Of a DNA stretch of 54,624 nt, positions 8,965 to 19,353 are shown one piece after another; position 1 is the stretch's first letter, and the number at the start of each line of letters is the position of its first letter. This stretch comes from a bacterium (lineage in GTDB: Bacteria > Bacillota > Clostridia > Peptostreptococcales > Anaerovoracaceae). Below the pieces are notes generated by a model that searched no databases, was not told the origin of the DNA, and saw only the letters and a list, made by a program, of their open reading frames with translations. A program made the position numbers and the translations under genes. The DNA lies in assembly GCA_963626305.1 (NCBI GenBank), contig CAVFWT010000033.1:1-54624 (forward strand). The letters run 5' to 3'.

Positions 8965-10224
8965 TTACTCTGCATCTGCCAAAGTCTTCCGGTATTCCTT
9001 CATCTCTACCGTCTGACCGGTCAGTCGGGAGAGTTCAGCTGCATTTGCAATCAGATGACTCTCAATGGACTCCGCAATTAGCGAGCGATTGCAAGTCCCC
9101 GAAATCGGTCCATTTTCCAACATCTCAACAAAAGCTTTTACAATGCCAAGGTCACCACCACCGTGTCTGCCGCGATATGGTGGGAGCTTAATCGTCGTGG
9201 TTTGAGATGGAACATCCGCAAAGGATGCAAATCGAGTGACTTTGAGGAAGTCCTCGGAGTCATCACCATAGACAGCACCATCGTCGCACATCACTTTGAT
9301 TCGGCGGTGCATGCTATCCGAGAATGCACTCATTTGGAATGTTGCAGTCACGCCATTCTCGAATTCAATCGACGTGGTCTGGTGGTCGCACACGTTGTTG
9401 TCGCAATGGAACACGCATCGTCCGTATGGCCCTGTTTCGATTGCATGGCGCATCCCGTCTTCGGTCAGGTCCTCCGTTACATCCACGCTGCGCCACTGCC
9501 CAATCATTGGCAGGTAGGTTCGGTATGCGTTAAATCGGCAAGATGCACCGAGTGAACAATCTTTGCAACGCTCGGCACTTCCTTCCGGTGCATTGTCTGC
9601 TTTGAAGTAGGATAAGCCGCCAAAAGAAGAAACTTTACGTGCGGGACTTCCGGCGAGCCAAGTGAGAATATCCATATCATGACAGGATTTCTGTAAGATG
9701 ATGGGACTGCTCGTCTCACTGTTGTTCCACTTACCGCGAACGAACGAGTGTGCCATGTGAAAGTTTCCCATATACTCGGCATACTCGATGGATCGCACTT
9801 TACCGAGGTTGCTCGATTGGAGAAGCTTCTGGATAGTCGCAAAGAATCCCGTGTAACGGAGCACATGACAGACCAAGACTTTGCAGCCCTGTGCATTCGC
9901 CACCTTCTGAATCTCAACGCACTCTCTGGAATCTGGGGAAATCGGTTTCTCCAGAAGAAGGTCATAACCGAGCTTTAGAAGTGGAATCGCACAAGAATAG
10001 TGATCGCGGTCCATGGTAGCGATGATGGCAGCATCTGCCATCTTGCCTTGCTGCAGGAAATCTTCTAGGCATGCAAAAGAATGAGGAATGTGATGCGCTT
10101 TCGCTGCTGCTTCGCGTCGTTCCTCTCGCGGTTCCACGACCGCACAAATCTGTATGCCCATCTCTGTGAGGTACGAGGCGTAGATGTTTCCTCTTTGCCC
10201 TGCCCCAATTAATGCGATTTCCAT
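8965..10224 (-). CDS. Gfo/Idh/MocA family oxidoreductase
   Basis: IGAGQRG Rossmann motif, LLEKP, CHVLRY, KSCHDMD and HGGGD motifs. AGGAGG RBS. Confidence 0.9.
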   Translation of the reverse strand: MEIALIGAGQRGNIYASYLTEMGIQICAVVEPREERREAAAKAHHIPHSFACLEDFLQQGKMADAAIIATMDRDHYSCAIPLLKLGYDLLLEKPISPDSRECVEIQKVANAQGCKVLVCHVLRYTGFFATIQKLLQSSNLGKVRSIEYAEYMGNFHMAHSFVRGKWNNSETSSPIILQKSCHDMDILTWLAGSPARKVSSFGGLSYFKADNAPEGSAERCKDCSLGASCRFNAYRTYLPMIGQWRSVDVTEDLTEDGMRHAIETGPYGRCVFHCDNNVCDHQTTSIEFENGVTATFQMSAFSDSMHRRIKVMCDDGAVYGDDSEDFLKVTRFASFADVPSQTTTIKLPPYRGRHGGGDLGIVKAFVEMLENGPISGTCNRSLIAESIESHLIANAAELSRLTGQTVEMKEYRKTLADAE

Positions 10225-10301
10225 AGCACCTCCTTCTGCTGTAAATACTCGGATTTATTATAGGGGAGAAATCCTATTTTTACCAATATAAAGAAACTAT
10301 A

Positions 10302-10342
10302 CAAGCCCATGCGGTCGCAATAATTGCGGCAACATGGGCTTG
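10302..10342 (-). terminator. Hairpin downstream of AEC transporter, possible terminator
   Basis: caagcccatg...gtcgcaa-taa-ttgcggc...catgggcttg inverted repeat. Confidence 0.5.
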
Positions 10343-10368
10343 AAGAAGTCTGTGTGAATGTATATCGA

Positions 10369-11301
10369 TTAGATGAACATTGTGACAATCGGTAGCGTAA
10401 AGATGGACAGCAGCGTGGTGAGTGCATAACCGCGGCTGCACAGGTCGGCGTCCAGATTGTAACTCTCGCAGGCGATAACCGGCATACTGCCGTTCGGCAT
10501 GCCGTAGAGCAGAACGAAGATTCCGAGGACGGTCGGGTCGAAACCGAGTCCGTCAAAGTGGCGGACAATGAATGCCACCGCGATGGCAACGACCAGGAGC
10601 TGGAAAAGCGCAAATACGTAGAGCCTTACATCGTTGAAGACGCGCTTTAGGTCGCACTGCGCCAGCGAGCATCCCGTGATAATCATGGTCAGTGGGATGC
10701 AGGCATCAGATACATAGTCAATGCAGCTGACCGCGATACTCGGCAGATGAATGTTAAATACGATGATGAGAAGTGCAATGAATACACATGCGAGTCCCGG
10801 ATTCAGCAGCGAGCGGATGGTGAACGGCGTTGTATCTCCTGCCATTTTCTTTAGCGTATGCGTTGCATATGTGTAGAACAGGAGGTTGAACCCAAGTGCA
10901 TAGAACGTGATGTGGAACGTCTGATTTTCGCCGTAGAGCGATTCGACCATTGGAATTCCGATAAAAGCAGTGTTCGCGAAGACGAGCATGATGGTTACAA
11001 TTTTCTGTTCGTTGCCAACAACGCCCATGAGCCTGGAAACGAGCGGCCCAAGAAGGAGCGTTAGCCCATAGAAGACGGCAGTTAGAATTGCATCTTGAAT
11101 GATCATGCTTCTAGAAATACTGCCGACGCCCCCCAGTGCGGTCGATACCATCAGAAGTGGGTTAAAAATATTGACGACCACTGTGGACAGTTCCGCAGTT
11201 CCCTGCTTGGTCAGCCATTCTTTACGGAAACAAAAAAATCCTACAAAAATTAAACAAAAGAGAAGCACGAGCTTCTCGAGAATGATAATACTGTTGCTCA
11301 T
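10369..11301 (-). CDS. AEC (auxin efflux carrier) family transporter
   Basis: About 10 hydrophobic segments, FANTAFIGIP and GMP motifs, TTLLSIFTLP C-terminus. Confidence 0.88.
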   Translation of the reverse strand: MSNSIIILEKLVLLFCLIFVGFFCFRKEWLTKQGTAELSTVVVNIFNPLLMVSTALGGVGSISRSMIIQDAILTAVFYGLTLLLGPLVSRLMGVVGNEQKIVTIMLVFANTAFIGIPMVESLYGENQTFHITFYALGFNLLFYTYATHTLKKMAGDTTPFTIRSLLNPGLACVFIALLIIVFNIHLPSIAVSCIDYVSDACIPLTMIITGCSLAQCDLKRVFNDVRLYVFALFQLLVVAIAVAFIVRHFDGLGFDPTVLGIFVLLYGMPNGSMPVIACESYNLDADLCSRGYALTTLLSIFTLPIVTMFI

Positions 11302-11377
11302 AATCTAGTCCCTTCAATAATTTATAATTATTTTATCATATTATTGAATAGAATTGAAGGATGCAATTCCAGATTTC

Positions 11378-11440
11378 GGGCGGTGCAGTACCCGGATGGA
11401 AATGTCTTGCAGAATATTTCCTCCGGGTACTGCACCGTCC
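11378..11440. repeat. Long inverted repeat (hairpin A), apex TATTCTGCAAGAC on the minus strand
   Basis: gggcggtgcagtacccgga(t)ggaaat / atttcc-tccgggtactgcaccgtcc; gtcttgcagaata at 11404-11416. Confidence 0.9.
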
Positions 11441-11576
11441 TTTGTCACATAAGTGCCTACGATAACTGCTAATGCGTTTTGGAAAACATATATGAAGAAG
11501 CACGGATATTGATCTTTACGATAATGGTAGATATTGTGGTGATGCGATGATATAATCGATTAGACATGCAAACTGA

Positions 11577-11872
11577 ATGAATAAAAACCATTAACACTTC
11601 TAGTAGGATTAACGGGTAGTATATCTTATGCCCTTTTGAGTTTTAGCAATTGTTTGATTGTTAGAAGGAGGAAATTGCCAATTTGGATTCCAGTGCTACT
11701 TGCTGGAAGTTTATGTATAATGTCAATCCTTTCTGTTATCACAGATATACTTGTGGAAGGAGATGGTAGTTTTACGCCTATGTGGATTTATCTTGCGATT
11801 ATGACGCTTGCATTCACACACAACACTTATTTGGCAAGGGCATCTAGCAATCAACAAATAAACGATGAATAG
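11577..11872 (+). pseudogene. Small AT-rich membrane protein, probably frameshifted near its start
   Basis: The frame of ORF 11636-11872 is open and hydrophobic back to 11585 (KPLTLLVGLTGSISYALLS). ATG 11577 is out of frame across an A5 run; adding one A gives MNKKPLTLL.... Confidence 0.4.
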
Positions 11873-11887
11873 ATATTTGAAATTTAA

Positions 11888-11988
11888 AGAATCACACCCC
11901 TTATTCCAAAATTATTCTGCAAGACTATTTTGGAATAAGGGGTGTGATTCTATTCTGTAAGACCATTTTGGCGGTAGGTGTGTGCTTT
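11888..11988. repeat. Perfect 25-bp inverted repeat (hairpin B) plus degenerate 38-bp tandem duplication
   Basis: 11888-11912 is the exact reverse complement of 11927-11951, with loop tattctgcaagact. 11913-11950 and 11951-11988 match at 29/38 positions by manual count. Confidence 0.9.
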
Positions 11989-12073
11989 TATTCTTTTGCA
12001 ATCAACCCAGAAAGATGGTATTATTTTTGCATGTGGTACAATGTTATCAGAGTATAGAATTCTACAGGACTGA

Positions 12074-13399
<1,326 letters not shown>

Positions 13400-13474
13400 T
13401 TCCGCAAGACAGCGGTGCAGAAGATTGTGGGTATAACCACAATCTTGCATCCTCGGAAAATATAGACAAAAGTA

Positions 13475-13509
13475 ACGGGAGAAGGCGTCTCGCCTTCTCC
13501 CGTATTTTT
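13475..13509. terminator. Intrinsic terminator (eno/MATE convergent)
   Basis: Perfect 13-bp stem acgggagaaggcg-tct-cgccttctcccgt followed by attttt. Confidence 0.85.
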
Positions 13510-13559
13510 ATGCAAAGATTTCCGATTCTGCATCCTGTTTTATTCTGCAAACGTTTCCG

Positions 13560-14933
13560 TTAGCCTTCGCACGGCTCATTGACGTGGATGTAATGATACT
13601 GTTTGTTCTTCGTAATGAGGAATGCCCATGACATAATCGCAGAAGCAATTTCGGCAACGAAGACCGACCACCAGATGCCGTTGAGTCCGAATATTGACGG
13701 CAAGAGGAGGACTGATAGAAGTTCGAACACTAGCGTTCGGACGAAAGATATAACGGCGGAGATGGTGCCGTTGTTCAGTGCCGTGAAGAACGAGGATGTG
13801 AACATGTTGCCACCGGACAGTAAGAACGAGAACAAGAAGATTCGGAACGCGTGGATGGTCAGCTCCAGGAGTTCCGGATTGTACCCGACGAAAATACCGG
13901 AAATAATCGGTGACAGAACCTGTGCTGCAGCGAACATGAATATGCCTCCGATGTATTCAATGCGAAAACTGATTTTGAGCAAGTTGTTGAGCTCACGGTG
14001 ATTTCTAGCACCGTAATGGTATCCGATGACGGGTGCAGCGCCCATTGCATAGCCGAACATCATGGCGAGGAAGATGTACTGCACGTACATAATCGTGCCG
14101 TAAGCAGCAACGCCGTTTGCACCAGCATAACGCATGAGCTGCATGTTGTAAGCCATTGCGACGATGGAGCCGGAGATGTTTGCCATCAATTCGGACATGC
14201 CGTTGTAAGCGGCTTTGCGAATTGGAATCCACTGAAGTTTGGTCCAGTGGAAACGAAGAAAACTCGGGTTCGGACGTACGAAGTACAGGAGCGGAAGAAG
14301 TCCGCCGACAACCTCAGAGAGCCCCGTTGCAATTGCGGCACCGGCAACACCCCAGCCAAATCCAGCGATGAATAGGGCATCGAGAATCATGTTTGTCAGT
14401 CCGGCACTGATGGTGATAACCAGTCCGAGTTTTGGGCGCTCTGCTAGACTCATAAAAGACTGGAACATGTACTGGAATTGCGTGGCAACAACGAACATGA
14501 TACTGATTCGGCCGTAGAGCACTGCATCGTGCAGCATCGCTTCGGAAGCGCCGAGAAGCAGGACGATTTGTTTCATGAAGACGACGCCGAGAATCATGAC
14601 AATGATTCCGATAATCGCGGCTACCTCAATCATCATTGAGAAGTATCGATTGGCTTTCTCGTCATTTCCTTGACCGCGCGTCATGGAAATCAGTGCCGTT
14701 CCGCCGGAACCAAAGATGGTACCGAAACCGCAAAGAATCATAATCGCTGGCATGACCAAGTTGACCGCGGCAAATGCGTTCTCGCCGACGAAATTAGAAA
14801 CAAAAAGACCGTCCACCACGCCATAGAGCGAAGTGAACATCATCATGAACATTGTCGGAGTGCAGAAACGCAAGATGCGTTTCCACGTGAAGTGATCCGA
14901 CAATTGAATAATATCTTTTTCCTTAGAACTCAT
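13560..14933 (-). CDS. MATE family efflux transporter
   Basis: About 12 TM segments, YGVVDGLFV, NMILDALFI and GVAGAAIAT motifs, two-fold internal repeat. Confidence 0.93.
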   Translation of the reverse strand: MSSKEKDIIQLSDHFTWKRILRFCTPTMFMMMFTSLYGVVDGLFVSNFVGENAFAAVNLVMPAIMILCGFGTIFGSGGTALISMTRGQGNDEKANRYFSMMIEVAAIIGIIVMILGVVFMKQIVLLLGASEAMLHDAVLYGRISIMFVVATQFQYMFQSFMSLAERPKLGLVITISAGLTNMILDALFIAGFGWGVAGAAIATGLSEVVGGLLPLLYFVRPNPSFLRFHWTKLQWIPIRKAAYNGMSELMANISGSIVAMAYNMQLMRYAGANGVAAYGTIMYVQYIFLAMMFGYAMGAAPVIGYHYGARNHRELNNLLKISFRIEYIGGIFMFAAAQVLSPIISGIFVGYNPELLELTIHAFRIFLFSFLLSGGNMFTSSFFTALNNGTISAVISFVRTLVFELLSVLLLPSIFGLNGIWWSVFVAEIASAIMSWAFLITKNKQYHYIHVNEPCEG

Positions 14934-15107
14934 AAAAAAATTAACCCTCTCTCAAGTTAACAAAATGGTATCGTATATAGCCATTATCGTCAAGAAAAGA
15001 AAGGGTGAAGATTGTGAAAAACCAGGATTTGCAACTATCTAGGACATGAAATCAAAACTGCTTGGGCAACCTCAAAACGTGTGAAAACTTAATGTTTCCA
15101 TAATCGC

Positions 15108-15890
15108 TTAGAGTGTGCACAGCGAGCTAAAAGCAAACATATAGTGACAGAAACTTCCGGCCATCACGAACAAGTGAAATAGTTCATGGTTACCAAATCC
15201 CTTCTCGTTCTTCGGGATGATGTTCAGTTTTAGCGCGTAGATGACACCACCGACGGTATAGAATAAGCCGCCCGATAGGAGCCACAAAAATCCGGATTTC
15301 GGCAGAATTGATAAGATGGCAGGGAATTCCGACAAGCAGAGCCAACCCATTCCAATGTAGATTACCGAAGATACCCATTTCGGGCAGCCCACCCAGAAGA
15401 ATTTAAAGAAGATTCCGACGATTGCTACCGCCCATACTGTAATCAGAAGGCGAAGTCCGCTATTGCCTGGGAGGACAATGAGGCAGACTGGTGTATAGGA
15501 TCCGGCAATGAGAACAAATATGCTCATGTGATCCAGTCTTTTTAGCCGGTGATTCGAAGTCTCATCGAGCTGAAAGGCGTGATACGATGCGCTGGCACCG
15601 TACAGAAGAATCATGCTGAGCATAAAGATGCTGAGGGATACCATGCCGGCTGTATCTAGATGGCAATGTGAACCGCGGATGAGAAGCAGCGGCGTTGCAG
15701 CGATTGCCATCAAGAAGCCAATGAAATGCGTCAGCGCGCTGATGGGGTCTTTCGCGTGAAACGTTGAAATGTGAGCGGAAGCATCAGATGACGGAACGCG
15801 GCGGAGCTTAAATTCGCCTTTTCGCAAAGACTGATTTTGATTCCTGGTATATGTGATATTCGATGGCATGTGATGAGTCATGTTTTGCAT
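15108..15890 (-). CDS. trhA: PAQR/hemolysin III family membrane protein (TrhA-like)
   Basis: SALTH, SASYH, RLDHMSIFVLIAGSYTP and HELFHLFV motifs. GGAGG RBS. Confidence 0.88.
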   Translation of the reverse strand: MQNMTHHMPSNITYTRNQNQSLRKGEFKLRRVPSSDASAHISTFHAKDPISALTHFIGFLMAIAATPLLLIRGSHCHLDTAGMVSLSIFMLSMILLYGASASYHAFQLDETSNHRLKRLDHMSIFVLIAGSYTPVCLIVLPGNSGLRLLITVWAVAIVGIFFKFFWVGCPKWVSSVIYIGMGWLCLSEFPAILSILPKSGFLWLLSGGLFYTVGGVIYALKLNIIPKNEKGFGNHELFHLFVMAGSFCHYMFAFSSLCTL

Positions 15891-15980
15891 ATATAATTAC
15901 CTCCTGGATGATGCTGCTGAATAAGCGATATAAATGAAAAAGGTCATTAACTGAAATAGAAGTATTTATATTCTCGTAAT

Positions 15981-16035
15981 CGGTTATTCAATAACTGATA
16001 TGAGATATATTAGCGGTTATCGAATAACTTGTCAA
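15981..16035 (-). promoter_or_regulatory. sigma-A promoter of trhA with two palindromic operator-like sites
   Basis: Minus-strand TTGACA (16030-16035), 17 bp, TAATAT (16007-16012). CGGTTAT-N3-ATAACT at 15981-15996 and 16014-16029. Confidence 0.7.
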
Positions 16036-16054
16036 GCGATATTCAAAATAATAT

Positions 16055-16083
16055 TTGACGGTTTCAAATAGTTGAATTAAAAT
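16055..16083 (+). promoter_or_regulatory. sigma-A promoter of DUF1836 gene
   Basis: TTGACG-17 bp-TAAAAT. Confidence 0.6.
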
Positions 16084-16131
16084 AATTTCATAACAGATGT
16101 AACGATATACCGAAGCAAAGGAGAAGTTTTC

Positions 16132-16692
16132 GTGAGCGATACAATCAAAACCGAAACAAAGAAATCCAATCAGAACACCTCTCGCCAGATTCAAGAAATC
16201 TTAAACAGCGTGAAACTTCCGGAATATGGCGAGATTCCGGATGTTGGGTTGTACTTGGAACAAGTCACGCGGTTTATTAACGGATACCTTACAGATTTTC
16301 CGGAGATGCAGGTGACCCCATCGATGATAAGCAATTACGTCAAACTCAAGATTGTTTCGAAGCCGAATCGCAAGAGCTATTCAAGGGAGCAGATTGCCCG
16401 CTTTCTGTTCATTGCACTGGCGAAGACGGTTCTTTCCATGGATAACATCCGGAAAGTGTTTGCCATCCAAGAAGAATCTTATGATGCGGAGGAAGCGTAT
16501 GAATTCTTCCGGAAGAAGCTAGTCCAAGCGTTGACTACTTTTGGCAAAAGCACATCCGAGATGTCCGAGAATTACCGAGAGGAACAACATATGATGGATT
16601 GCACCGCCACAGCGATTGCGCACAAGATGTATTTGAACCTGTATTTCTCCTGCGAACTATCCGATGCTGCATCGGAGAAACCGGAGAAATAG
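16132..16692 (+). CDS. DUF1836 domain protein (putative transcriptional regulator)
   Basis: LP.Y.EIPD.GLYLEQV...TPSMISNYVK..IV.KP..KSYSREQ pattern; divergent from trhA; GTG start with AAGGAG RBS. Confidence 0.85.
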   Translation: MSDTIKTETKKSNQNTSRQIQEILNSVKLPEYGEIPDVGLYLEQVTRFINGYLTDFPEMQVTPSMISNYVKLKIVSKPNRKSYSREQIARFLFIALAKTVLSMDNIRKVFAIQEESYDAEEAYEFFRKKLVQALTTFGKSTSEMSENYREEQHMMDCTATAIAHKMYLNLYFSCELSDAASEKPEK

Positions 16693-16821
16693 AACACGGG
16701 ATTAAATATAAAGAAATTCTTAAGAAGGACTCCTTAAATTGAGGCATCGAGTGGAATGTGTTAACATGAAACCGACTGCTTTTGGAAACAGAAGATAGGA
16801 AATATCGGGAAGGAAACATAT

Positions 16822-19350
16822 ATGTCGCATATGATTGAACTTCGCAAGGTGTCGAAGTTTTATACGAATAAAGATCTGGTGAGCACCGGCTTTTCGAAGC
16901 TGGATCTCAACCTGGATATGGGCGAATTTGTTGCAATTACCGGTGAGAGCGGAAGCGGTAAGTCGACCTTGCTGAATGTCATCTCCGGATTAGACAGCTA
17001 CGAAGAAGGTGAACTGTTCGTCGCCGGCGAAGATACCAGCGCATTTCGTACGGAAGATTACGAACAGTATCGCAAGACGTACATTGGCAACATTTTCCAG
17101 GATTTCAATCTGGTGAATAGCTACACCGTGTATCAGAACATTGAGCTGAGCATGCTCCTCTGTGGCGCAGACAAATCGGTACAGAGGGAGAAAATTTACG
17201 AGTGCCTTCGACTGGTCGGCATGGAAGATTATGCAAAGACGAAGGCATCGAAACTCTCTGGTGGACAGAAACAGCGTGTCGCAATTGCACGTGCACTAGC
17301 GAAGAATGCACCGATTATCGTTGCGGACGAACCAACGGGGAATCTGGATAGTGCATCGGCCGAGAAAGTAATGGAAATTCTCCACCGCATTTCGGCAGAT
17401 AAGCTGGTTGTCATCGTCACGCACAACTACGAACAAGCAGAGCCGTATGTGACACGAAAGATTACGATGCATGACGGACGTATTATTGAGGACAAGAAAC
17501 TTCGGAATACATCGGCGGAAGAACTTGAGGCAGAAACTGAAAACCGCTACGAAGACTACAATGATGCACAATACAGTGACGCATCATCGGCTTATACCAA
17601 AAACGACAAAGCAGATAGCGATACACAAGGTGAGCCGCCGAGACTCGGAAGCCGTAGTGCACGCAATGCAGAGCGTGAGAAAAACGAGAAATCCCATCGG
17701 AAATCTCGAAGTGCGCGAAACACTCAGAATGAAGGAGCTGAAATCGAGAAGAAATCCGCTGGTTCCCGAGGCGGCCGAACCGCTCGGCGCAGCTCAGATG
17801 GCGGATACGGAAACATTTCAATGGGGTCGCAGCTGCGCCTCGGCGTGCGGAACGCGTTTAACATTCCGGCGAAATTCATCCTCCTTCTCATTGTCTACAC
17901 ATTCGTCTCGGCAGCAGTGATGAACCAATACGCATCGACGCTGAAGTCGTGGCACAGTCAGTCGCTGCTCGGTAGCAACGAGTACTTCACAGACACATCG
18001 GCGGAAAGAATCATCGTGACGAAGAAAGATAAGAGCTCCTTCACGACTGCGGACTACGACAAGATTCAGAAGATGAACAACGTGGATTACATTATCAAGT
18101 GCGACTCCGGCATCGATTCCGGAATCTCTTTCGAGTCTTCGAAATATGTCATCAGCGGTCCGATGTATCCAGCCAGCACACTCAAGAAGAGTGAACTCAG
18201 CATGGGACGATTGCCGGAGAAGGATACGGAAGTCGTGCTCGAAGTCGATCAGGATTCGTATTCCTATGATGCCATTAAGAGCCTGGGGGAGAAAATCCTC
18301 GGAAAGAAATATTATATCCAGTCGCTCAACGGTTCTTCCGATGACCACCTGCTCAAGGATAAGGTGAGCATTGTGGGCGTCATCTTCCTCGATGAAAAGT
18401 CGAATCGCCAGAGTAACGGAAATACGTATATTTATGTAACAGACAGTGTCGCTGCCAAAATTCTGGTGAAGAGCACCGCAACCTCTGCCAATGTCACGAT
18501 GGACTTTGCGGGGACGAAGCAGGATTTCAGTGGCTATCAGGTGGTCTATCCGTCCGCCAAAGTTCCGAAAGGACAGGTGTACATCTCGGAAGATCAGGCA
18601 TATCAATATTTCGAGAATGGAAGTGCGCGTGGAAAATCGTTCACACTAAGCGTGAAGACACATTATTTTAAAGACACGAAGAATCTCAAAATCGGTCAGG
18701 TATTCAAAGAGAGCAACATCGAGAGCACACTCGGACTCTCGAAGAAGAATTATGACTCGTATTCCGGCAATGTCTATATCAGTAAGTCGGATTACAACGA
18801 CCTATTCAACAAAGGAAACTATCAGAGCAGCGTCTATGTCAAGAACGAGAAGAATTCCGACCGCACCGTGCAAGCGCTTCACGAAGCAGGCTTCAAGACA
18901 CTGGTTGTGAAGGATACCCTGAGTAGTGACAGCGATAGCTTCACATTCTTCCTAAAATTAGGTTCGGCAATCCTCATGGGCATCGAGTTCGTCGTACTGT
19001 TCTTTATCGCCTACGCAGTCATTCGCCTCGTGATGCGCTCCAGAAATTCGTATTACTCGACGCTTCGAATTCTGGGTGCGACGAAGAAGAACACGGACAA
19101 TATCTTGCGGACAGAGCTCCTGCTGATGATGGGAATATCGTACGGTGTCGTTGTGGTTTGCGCCGCGCTGATCAAACGCGGTGTTATTCCGCTCGCATCT
19201 ATGAGCGCACAACTTTCATATTTCGGACTGGTGCACTACGTGCTCCTGCTGATTGTGCTGTTCCTCATGTCGTTGCTGATTGCCAACCGATACTCGCGTA
19301 AGATATTCAGCAAGAGCGCGATGAAGAGTTATCGCGGAGAGGAGGTGTAA
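16822..19350 (+). CDS. ABC transporter ATPase-permease fusion (MacB/FtsX-like)
   Basis: [17 protein letters not shown] and DEPTGNLD motifs. One TM, a large extracellular domain, then three C-terminal TMs with LRILGA. Confidence 0.9.
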   Translation: MSHMIELRKVSKFYTNKDLVSTGFSKLDLNLDMGEFVAITGESGSGKSTLLNVISGLDSYEEGELFVAGEDTSAFRTEDYEQYRKTYIGNIFQDFNLVNSYTVYQNIELSMLLCGADKSVQREKIYECLRLVGMEDYAKTKASKLSGGQKQRVAIARALAKNAPIIVADEPTGNLDSASAEKVMEILHRISADKLVVIVTHNYEQAEPYVTRKITMHDGRIIEDKKLRNTSAEELEAETENRYEDYNDAQYSDASSAYTKNDKADSDTQGEPPRLGSRSARNAEREKNEKSHRKSRSARNTQNEGAEIEKKSAGSRGGRTARRSSDGGYGNISMGSQLRLGVRNAFNIPAKFILLLIVYTFVSAAVMNQYASTLKSWHSQSLLGSNEYFTDTSAERIIVTKKDKSSFTTADYDKIQKMNNVDYIIKCDSGIDSGISFESSKYVISGPMYPASTLKKSELSMGRLPEKDTEVVLEVDQDSYSYDAIKSLGEKILGKKYYIQSLNGSSDDHLLKDKVSIVGVIFLDEKSNRQSNGNTYIYVTDSVAAKILVKSTATSANVTMDFAGTKQDFSGYQVVYPSAKVPKGQVYISEDQAYQYFENGSARGKSFTLSVKTHYFKDTKNLKIGQVFKESNIESTLGLSKKNYDSYSGNVYISKSDYNDLFNKGNYQSSVYVKNEKNSDRTVQALHEAGFKTLVVKDTLSSDSDSFTFFLKLGSAILMGIEFVVLFFIAYAVIRLVMRSRNSYYSTLRILGATKKNTDNILRTELLLMMGISYGVVVVCAALIKRGVIPLASMSAQLSYFGLVHYVLLLIVLFLMSLLIANRYSRKIFSKSAMKSYRGEEV

Positions 19351-19353
19351 GAC

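Noticed and set aside
11888..11990. Possible CRISPR mini-array from the 38-bp periodicity
   Set aside because: The units are contiguous and degenerate, with no unique spacers and no cas genes.
13524..13552. TATTCTGCAAAC and GATTCTGCATCC partial matches to the hairpin apex motif
   Set aside because: Incomplete matches, not at the apex of a long stem; could be chance.
15108..15890. True hemolysin/virulence toxin
   Set aside because: The hemolysin III/PAQR family is a widespread membrane-homeostasis family; the name alone is not evidence of toxin activity.
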